DNA from: an uncultured Ignavibacteria bacterium
GTDB lineage: Bacteria; Zixibacteria; MSB-5A5; SM1-73
DNA: 34,589 nt
Reading direction: 5' to 3'
Assembly (NCBI GenBank): GCA_964345305.1
Contig: CAYFQZ010000544.1
Location: forward strand, 1-34,589
How positions within the stretch are numbered: the stretch's first letter is position 1; each line of letters opens with the position of its first letter. Positions 17,220-23,688 of this stretch are shown in pieces. The notes below the pieces were generated by a model, which did no database searches, had not been told where the DNA came from, and was given only the letters and a program-made list of their open reading frames with translations. Position numbers and translations under genes: made by a program.

Positions 17220-18167
17220 CTATCTTAGAAGCTCAAAGATTAGTATGCGATTGTTCCCGGAATCGACGACCAGGAGCTGGCTTTCCCCTACCACTTTCAG
17301 GTCAGTGGGTCTGGACAGATTGGCCATTCCAGGTATCGACTTCCCATATTCCGCTAGCGCATTGCCGTCCGGATCGAATACCACCACGCTGTTTTTCCCG
17401 CTGTTTGCCACGTAGACCAACCCGTCTTTGCCTACCGCAACGCCGTTCGGGTCTTCCAGAACCTGCTCGCCGAAACTCCTCAATGTGTTTCCGAAAGAGT
17501 CAAAGACGACTATGCGGCTATTCTGTGAGTCCGCAACGTAAACGTCTCCGTCCCGGTCTACGAAAATTCCCTTGGGATCGCGCAGACCCGTCTCCGATTC
17601 TCCGAAGCCTCCAAAGCTCCTCTCGTATTCAAAGAACGAATTCAACTTGAACACCTGGTCGCTCTCCATGTCCGACACCAGAATCTCCCCGGAAAAAGTG
17701 ATACCTATTCCCTGCGGCAGACCGAGCCCCAAGAAATCGTTCTGTTCCCGGATTTCAAGGGTGGAGACGAAGTTGAGGCTGCGATCCAGCCTCTGTATTC
17801 GCTTGTTCTGAGCGTCGACCACGTATATGTTCAGCCCATTGTCGGTGGCTATGTACGCGGGGCGATTGAACTCCCTGCTGCCCCATCCAAAGCCCCCGGC
17901 CTCCGCCAGAAACCTTCCCTCACCGTCACACTTGACCACCCGGTCGTTGCCGGTATCGGTGATAAAGATGTTCCCCAGCGGATCAACTGCGATTCCGATG
18001 GGCAGATATAAAGAAGCACTGCCCAGTTTTCTATCCCCGATGATCCCCACCGGGTTGAGCCCCTTAACCTTTTCTTCCAGGTGCAACCCGTTTTCGCCGC
18101 CCCGCTGTTTCCCGCCGAAGGACATGCAGGCACAGCATAGAACCAGAAAAAAGGGCAGGCATCTCAT
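17220..18167 (-). CDS. NHL-repeat beta-propeller protein (secreted/periplasmic)
   Basis: I prefer ATG 18167, which gives the signal peptide MRCLPFFLVLCCACMSFGG; AAGGAGAGG lies upstream. There are six NHL-like blades, e.g. GIAVDPLGNIFITDTGNDRVVKCD, YVVDAQNKRIQRLD, YVADSQNSRIVVFD, YVANSGKNSVVVFD and LVVDSGNNRILIFE. Confidence 0.85.
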   Translation of the reverse strand: MRCLPFFLVLCCACMSFGGKQRGGENGLHLEEKVKGLNPVGIIGDRKLGSASLYLPIGIAVDPLGNIFITDTGNDRVVKCDGEGRFLAEAGGFGWGSREFNRPAYIATDNGLNIYVVDAQNKRIQRLDRSLNFVSTLEIREQNDFLGLGLPQGIGITFSGEILVSDMESDQVFKLNSFFEYERSFGGFGESETGLRDPKGIFVDRDGDVYVADSQNSRIVVFDSFGNTLRSFGEQVLEDPNGVAVGKDGLVYVANSGKNSVVVFDPDGNALAEYGKSIPGMANLSRPTDLKVVGESQLLVVDSGNNRILIFELLR

Positions 18168-18425
18168 TCTTCTCAATTCGGCCTCTCCTTTACATTTAAG
18201 CTTCAGCCCATCGCATCCCCACAAAGTCTGCTTGCTTCCAAACGTGGCCGTATCCGCGGGATTTTCCAAATGCGCCGATCCATCCGGCATCTCTCATGGA
18301 CCGGAATAGACCCGGGCCGGCTCCCGCACCTTGCCGTTTTTTCCTCGCCGTTCTCACGCCAACGCCGACAGGCAGGGCGCGGCACCCCGGTATGGTAGTC
18401 CGCCAACCGAAAGAAAAGACGACAA

Positions 18426-18463
18426 CCCAAAAACCAAAAATCGCATCCTGGGTCGATGCGATT
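18426..18463 (-). terminator. Intrinsic terminator after the second paralog, splitting the minus-strand array into two transcription units
   Basis: The minus-strand RNA reads AAUCGCAUC-GACCCAG-GAUGCGAUU, a 9-bp stem from 18439-18447 / 18455-18463. It runs into UUUUUGGUUUUUGG. The site is ~50 nt after the TAA at 18513-18515. Confidence 0.7.
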
Positions 18464-18512
18464 CGGTTAGCAAGATGCCGGGTCAATCGATTCTCGAAAG
18501 CGAGCTTTCTTC

Positions 18513-19346
18513 TTACCATCTTCGGGAGAGATAAAGCATGACCGTGGGATTATGGCCCAGAGGGTTGGCTTGGAGGTCAAACTTTACCTGAGAAAGTTCG
18601 AGGCTTTTCTTTCTGTTGTAGCTGCGCACGGTCTTCAGCGCATCCACCACCGAGACTATGCGATTCACCACGGAAAGCCCCACCATATATAGAGCCCTTC
18701 TTGACATGTCTTTACTTCTGTTCTTCATGTCCCTGTAATGCAACCGGGACTCCCGGCTGTCCCATTGCCAGTTCCAGAAGTCATCCTGGGGATAGGGCTG
18801 CTTTTCACCCCGGTTGTACAGCGGGGCAAACTGGTTATACTGATCTCGGTTTTCGTAGAATGCCAGTTCATCGAAGAACTGGTCAGATTTTCCGTCCGGG
18901 TTCACCCGGGCGTGGTCAGCGGCATAGCTTTTATAATCCTCCTTGAGCCAACCGCTGTACGTCCGGAACCCGAAGAAACCGGCCCACAACGACGCCTCGG
19001 AAAGCATGAATATCTTACCCTTGGTCTCTGCGCCGCCGTAAATCTCCCCCGCACCGGGAAGAATGAGCGAAAGCAGGGCGGCCGTGCTGGCCGATTTCAG
19101 CCCTTCCTTCTCCTCCTCAAACTCACCCGGCATCTGAAAGAAATCATCCTGCTGGTTTGCTCCCGAACCTCCAGCCAAAAAGCGCGGATCGTCCAGGGCA
19201 AAGCTGATCCCTGCTGCCTCAGGATACAACCTCTTCTCCGGCGACGTATCGCATCTCACCAGCGTCTCGGTCGCGGCGTAGCTCCGGCCGGAGGCCGATA
19301 CGCCCATGATAAGCAGAAGCGAAAAGAGGAAGATTGTCTTTTTCAT
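18513..19346 (-). CDS. Hypothetical secreted/membrane protein, paralog B (PG-x-G-x-x-Y helical-hairpin family, DUF5683-like)
   Basis: ATG 19346 (TTG 19352 in the track) gives the signal peptide MKKTIFLFSLLLIMGVSASG. Motifs shared with 19388-20272 are LSLILPGAGEIYGG, ASLWAGFF and NRIVSVVDALKTVRSYNRKK. The protein ends in an aromatic residue (..LYLSRRW). Confidence 0.75.
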   Translation of the reverse strand: MKKTIFLFSLLLIMGVSASGRSYAATETLVRCDTSPEKRLYPEAAGISFALDDPRFLAGGSGANQQDDFFQMPGEFEEEKEGLKSASTAALLSLILPGAGEIYGGAETKGKIFMLSEASLWAGFFGFRTYSGWLKEDYKSYAADHARVNPDGKSDQFFDELAFYENRDQYNQFAPLYNRGEKQPYPQDDFWNWQWDSRESRLHYRDMKNRSKDMSRRALYMVGLSVVNRIVSVVDALKTVRSYNRKKSLELSQVKFDLQANPLGHNPTVMLYLSRRW

Positions 19347-19387
19347 CGGCAAAGTCTTGATCGGGTCCCGGACTTGCGAGAGGCCAT

Positions 19388-20272
19388 CTAAAAATCAAGG
19401 CTCATAGAGACGCGCGGAATCACCTCTCGGTCCCTTTCCACAAGTCTCATCTTGAAATTCAGCTGGCTGAACCTTTCCCCTTTCTTGTTGTATTTCCGAA
19501 CCGAGATGGCGGCATCGAAGGCGGAGAGTATGTGGTTGGCCAGCGAGAACATGGCCGAATACGTGGCCTTGTTCAACAGATCGTTGGAGTCGCGACGCAT
19601 ATTCAGATAAACTTCTCTGTTTGGGCTTGACCCATCATCGGGTGCCGGCTCGTAGTCGTCCCAGCCTTCGGAGAACTGCTCATATTTGCCGATCATCTCG
19701 TAGTAATCGTCCGTCTTTGAATCCGGCAGGTGGTGAGAGAAACACTTCTCTTCGTGGGTGACCGGATCAGTATAGCACTCCCTGTCCGAGTCTATGCCAT
19801 AAGTATCCCGCAGCCACTGTATGTATTCGTCCCTGGACCAGTGCCGGTCAGCGAACACCTGGTATTCGTCTTCTTTGTCCTTCCCCTTGCCGTGATAGTT
19901 GAAATAAAGGGCCCACAGCGCGGCGTCCAGCCCCAGAAAGACCACTGTCTTTATCTTGGAACCGGCATATAGCTGTCCGCTCCCCGGGATCAGCAGAGAG
20001 TAGACGAAGGCCCGCTTCAGGGACTTGCCCTTGAACCCGTATATGTCCACGGCCTCCTCCTCCCCCAGCGGACCGGTCTCCTGGGCCAGTAAGGGGGATT
20101 GAGTGAGCTTGAGCATCTTCAGTGATCGCTCAAAATCGACCTGGGCAAGATCGCTGCGAAACGAGAAAGGCTCGTCTCTGTTCTCGACGAACGTTGTCCC
20201 CCTGCCTGAGGAATACACGACAAGCATAAAGGCGAGAAAGCATACCGTAGCCCGAACGTATCTGCTGCTCAT
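19388..20272 (-). CDS. Hypothetical secreted/membrane protein, paralog A (PG-x-G-x-x-Y helical-hairpin family, DUF5683-like)
   Basis: The ATG is preceded by AAGGAGG with a 5-nt spacer. The signal-like N-terminus is MSSRYVRATVCFLAFMLVVYSSG. Motifs are YSLLIPGSGQLYAGS, AALWALYF and NHILSAFDAAISVRKYNKK. It ends ...RVSMSLDF, which resembles a beta-signal. Confidence 0.8.
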   Translation of the reverse strand: MSSRYVRATVCFLAFMLVVYSSGRGTTFVENRDEPFSFRSDLAQVDFERSLKMLKLTQSPLLAQETGPLGEEEAVDIYGFKGKSLKRAFVYSLLIPGSGQLYAGSKIKTVVFLGLDAALWALYFNYHGKGKDKEDEYQVFADRHWSRDEYIQWLRDTYGIDSDRECYTDPVTHEEKCFSHHLPDSKTDDYYEMIGKYEQFSEGWDDYEPAPDDGSSPNREVYLNMRRDSNDLLNKATYSAMFSLANHILSAFDAAISVRKYNKKGERFSQLNFKMRLVERDREVIPRVSMSLDF

Positions 20273-20337
20273 TCTGTCCTCCTTAAAGTTAATACTCCAT
20301 TTTGGTCACGTCCGTTTAATCCGTTCAATCCGCTGAT

Positions 20338-23300
20338 CTATTTGACGATGGCCATCTTGAAGAACACCACCTGGCTTTGGCTCGTCGATTTTGCCTCCAC
20401 CCGGCAAAGGTAAACTCCGCTCGCAAACCCGGAGCAGTCCCAAATTCGCTCGTTATGCGTGCGCCCCTGTCCCGGCCCCGGGAATTGATCAACCAACATT
20501 CCTGAGAGATCATAGACTCTTATCCCGACCGCTGCGTCCTCTTTCAAGAAGTACCTGATAATCGTTTCATCCCCGGCCGGATTGGGATAGTTGAAGGCGG
20601 TCTTCTGTGGCAGCAAATCACCGGCCAGAGCGGGGAGTTCGGGCAGCTTCTCTTTGGGGAAGTAATTGGTGTGCCCGGCATCGAAGCCATACATGGGCCA
20701 AGGCATGCTCTCCTCCGTGTCCTGGGCGGGTAAGTCCCAGGCGTAGATGAAGCCATCATCACACGCGACCAGGAGTTCCACGTCGCTGTCTCTGTCAAGG
20801 TTGATCAGAAGCGGCGATGATCTAACCGGTCCGCCGACCGGAAGAGGGAAACCGCCTACCATCCTACCATCTCTGCTGTAACCCACGATTCGCCCGTCTT
20901 TAGTGCCGACGATTATGTCGGGATACCCGTCTCCGTCAGCGTCTCCCAGAATCGGCGAAGAGTCGATCAGATCTGTGCCGCCGCCCGGGAGGCTCAGCAT
21001 GACCGGGAAGTTACCCACCGGCGCACCATTAAAATTGTAAGCAAAGATCTTGTTGCCCGAGGCCAAGATTATCTCCAGATAGCCATCTTTATCCAGGTCT
21101 CCCAGAACCGGGGCGGACGCAATACCTTCGCCAGCTGATACGGGGAATCCTTCCAGCAAACCCAGTTCTGTGTCATAGGCGTATATCTCTCCTCCTGCCA
21201 TGCAGCAGAAGACCACGTCGCTGCTGCCGTCCCTGTCCAGGTCCCCTACCACCAGGTGGCGTCCTATGTCTCCACACGCGTCGGTACACTCCACAAAGTC
21301 CTGAGAGTAGATGTTCCACTTACATAGTTGAGCCTCATGTCCCTGGTGACTTGTTACCACGAAATTGACAGTGCAGTCTCCGGTGGTTGCCAGCCCGTAA
21401 ACGGACTTCTGGAAAGGGGAGGAATACAGAACTTCGCCTGCAGAGGAGATAACGACAACGCCGACGTCCAGAATTCTGTCAGTCGCCACAAATATCTCCA
21501 GGCCTGATTTCGAGGAGTCGAAATTGGCGATCACCGGCATCGTCGTAATGCCGGTTGGCGCCGGGTCACCCAGCTGAAGGGGGAAGCCATCTACGGGGTC
21601 CGCTCTTCCGTTCTGGTCTCGATCATAAGGATGCCAGACGCAGACTTTGCCCTTCGCAGTTGCCGCCACCACCTCCAAGGTGTCGTCTCCGTCCAAGTCA
21701 CCCAAGGATGGGGGTCCGACAAAGTCCTCGTTCTCTTCGGCGAATATGGCCAGCGGCAGTGTGGTCAGGGTGGAATCGTATAGCATTATCTCCACCGAAT
21801 CCGGATACGGGAACAAGCTGGCACCTGAAGCATCCCACCCGTGTATGAACCGACCGGAGGAAGCGAATATCCTTAGGTCATTCTCCGCAGAGACCAGAGA
21901 GCTTACCCCCGCCTCGGGAATGAACTTTTGAGGGAAACCGGCCTGAACCCAGGCTGTGGAAACATCCAGCGTCATTACCGTATCCGATCGGCCGACATCG
22001 GCGACCTGGATGTGGGTGTCCGACCCGCCTCTGCTTCTTGACGAAGGAAACGTGTAAGGACCAAAATCGGCATTATTGCCCCGGCGAAACATGTCCTCGG
22101 CCCGGCCAAACCCGGTGTAATAGTTGCCTCCGAAATCTATGATGCCGTCCGCCTCCTCCAGTTCCAGAAAGCGCCGATCCTTATCCACCTGGAGGTGATT
22201 GTCCCAGAAGTTGTTCAGTCCGTCAAGATCGTAGTCATAATAGGCCACATCTTCGTCCAGATGCCAGATGAGAGTTCCCGAGCCTGGCAGAAGCCAGTCA
22301 TATTCCCGGTTGTAATCCAGCTCGGCATCCACCGGACCCAGGATGACGTTGGTGGCGCTGTCCGCCCGCAGTGCGCTAAATCCGTCGCCGTCCAAGTCCT
22401 GCTGGCGATTCTCCACCAGAAAATACTCGCTCGGACTGATGGGAATCCGGATCAGTCGAAGCTGGTCGGTCAGCATCTCGGATGCTCGCAGCTCTATCTC
22501 CGTCTGATTCTTGATCTCCACCGGTTCTACGAATCCGAGGAAGGCCTTGCTCCACGCGCAGGGGTAAACCGGCAGCACGCCGTTGACGAAAACGTCATAG
22601 CCCACATCCACCCCTACGTTTTGGGCATTGTTATCCATCAAAGCGAAATCGCCCACCTGGGTCATGAAGTTTACCGAATTATACAGATCGGGCAGACCCA
22701 ATTGATGACCAAACTCGTGAGCGAACTCCGCATTCAAGGCACCGACTCGATTGTCTTGTGATCTGGTTTCCGGCATAAAAATACCGTCCGTTATTGGAAA
22801 CGTGTCGCCGTCCACCCACACCGTATCACTAAGCCTGATGTAACCGGTGAAAAGATCTCCCGGGGTGGGATTGACCAGTTCTCCCAGATCGCTCTGCAGG
22901 TCCGAGCCGGCGTGAAAGATCACAAAGCAATCATACTGTGAGAAGTCGATTCCGTAAATCTGCGGATCTTCGTACACCGAGAAGGAATCCGCCAGATTGA
23001 AGCTGTCGTGGAAGAACTGTCTGAGCATCTCCACCTTGTAGGAGAGAGACGAATCCGGGGCGCCGTAGTGAGCCATGGCATCTGGCAGCCGATAAGCCAG
23101 GCTCTCGTGTTTGGGAAAGACCTGGCCTTCCAGCGCCAGCCCTCCGCTTGATACCGTCGACCAGTAATTGTGCAGGGCCTGAATATGCTTGGTGAAGAAA
23201 AGCGTATCGTGAGGCGAGGGGTCTATCAGGTGGCCTTCCTCCTGCAAGAACTCCTCCTGAGCTCTCATGTCGAAAAGTCCGTTGCCCGTGGTTCGGGGAT

Positions 23301-23616
23301 CGTCCGGAATCTCTTCCTCAAACTCCACCCTGATGGCCAAAATCCTGAGCGTCCTCATTTGCGGAAAGGCAACCTTGGATAGGCGCGGAGGGGAAAACGG
23401 AGCCTCTCTTTCCAGTGCCAGCAGGTTCCGCTGAGACACGTCGCTTATGAAGCCGAGATTCTGAACCGGTCTGGTTGATTTTTCCTCGAAGGGCGGGCTA
23501 TCCTTGTCCCGAATCCGAAGCACCCGTTCGGAGCTTGGATGCGCCAGTCCTGCAAAACAGAAAAAGGCGACCGTGGTCGCGCCGATCAATTGGAACAGAA
23601 CTTTGGCTCTTTGCAT
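20338..23616 (-). CDS. M6 (immune inhibitor A-like) zinc metalloprotease fused to FG-GAP/VCBS repeats and a T9SS-type C-terminal sorting domain
   Basis: The signal peptide is MQRAKVLFQLIGATTVAFFCFAGLA. The M6 signature is AHEFGHQLGLPDLY. Five FG-GAP-like repeats are visible (GDLDGDDTLEVV, GDLDRDGSSDVV, GDLDKDGYLEII, GDADGDGYPDII, NLDRDSDVELLV). The C-terminal domain starts at FNYPNPAGDETIIRYFL. Confidence 0.9.
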   Translation of the reverse strand: MQRAKVLFQLIGATTVAFFCFAGLAHPSSERVLRIRDKDSPPFEEKSTRPVQNLGFISDVSQRNLLALEREAPFSPPRLSKVAFPQMRTLRILAIRVEFEEEIPDDPRTTGNGLFDMRAQEEFLQEEGHLIDPSPHDTLFFTKHIQALHNYWSTVSSGGLALEGQVFPKHESLAYRLPDAMAHYGAPDSSLSYKVEMLRQFFHDSFNLADSFSVYEDPQIYGIDFSQYDCFVIFHAGSDLQSDLGELVNPTPGDLFTGYIRLSDTVWVDGDTFPITDGIFMPETRSQDNRVGALNAEFAHEFGHQLGLPDLYNSVNFMTQVGDFALMDNNAQNVGVDVGYDVFVNGVLPVYPCAWSKAFLGFVEPVEIKNQTEIELRASEMLTDQLRLIRIPISPSEYFLVENRQQDLDGDGFSALRADSATNVILGPVDAELDYNREYDWLLPGSGTLIWHLDEDVAYYDYDLDGLNNFWDNHLQVDKDRRFLELEEADGIIDFGGNYYTGFGRAEDMFRRGNNADFGPYTFPSSRSRGGSDTHIQVADVGRSDTVMTLDVSTAWVQAGFPQKFIPEAGVSSLVSAENDLRIFASSGRFIHGWDASGASLFPYPDSVEIMLYDSTLTTLPLAIFAEENEDFVGPPSLGDLDGDDTLEVVAATAKGKVCVWHPYDRDQNGRADPVDGFPLQLGDPAPTGITTMPVIANFDSSKSGLEIFVATDRILDVGVVVISSAGEVLYSSPFQKSVYGLATTGDCTVNFVVTSHQGHEAQLCKWNIYSQDFVECTDACGDIGRHLVVGDLDRDGSSDVVFCCMAGGEIYAYDTELGLLEGFPVSAGEGIASAPVLGDLDKDGYLEIILASGNKIFAYNFNGAPVGNFPVMLSLPGGGTDLIDSSPILGDADGDGYPDIIVGTKDGRIVGYSRDGRMVGGFPLPVGGPVRSSPLLINLDRDSDVELLVACDDGFIYAWDLPAQDTEESMPWPMYGFDAGHTNYFPKEKLPELPALAGDLLPQKTAFNYPNPAGDETIIRYFLKEDAAVGIRVYDLSGMLVDQFPGPGQGRTHNERIWDCSGFASGVYLCRVEAKSTSQSQVVFFKMAIVK
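20341..20601 (-). other. T9SS type-A / FlgD-Ig-like C-terminal domain of the M6 protease
   Basis: TAFNYPNPAGDETIIRYFLKEDAAVGIRVYDLSGMLVDQF...SGVYLCRVEAKSTSQSQVVFFKMAIVK. This fits the NYPNP...[IV]Y[DN]..G+LV...GVY.[YC][RK] pattern of Por secretion tails. Confidence 0.75.
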
Positions 23617-23688
23617 TTCAGATGACGGTTGTGGATCTTTGAGTTCATCGTGCCAGCCGGAACGGCTTTGCTGCGATTTGCGGCTAAC

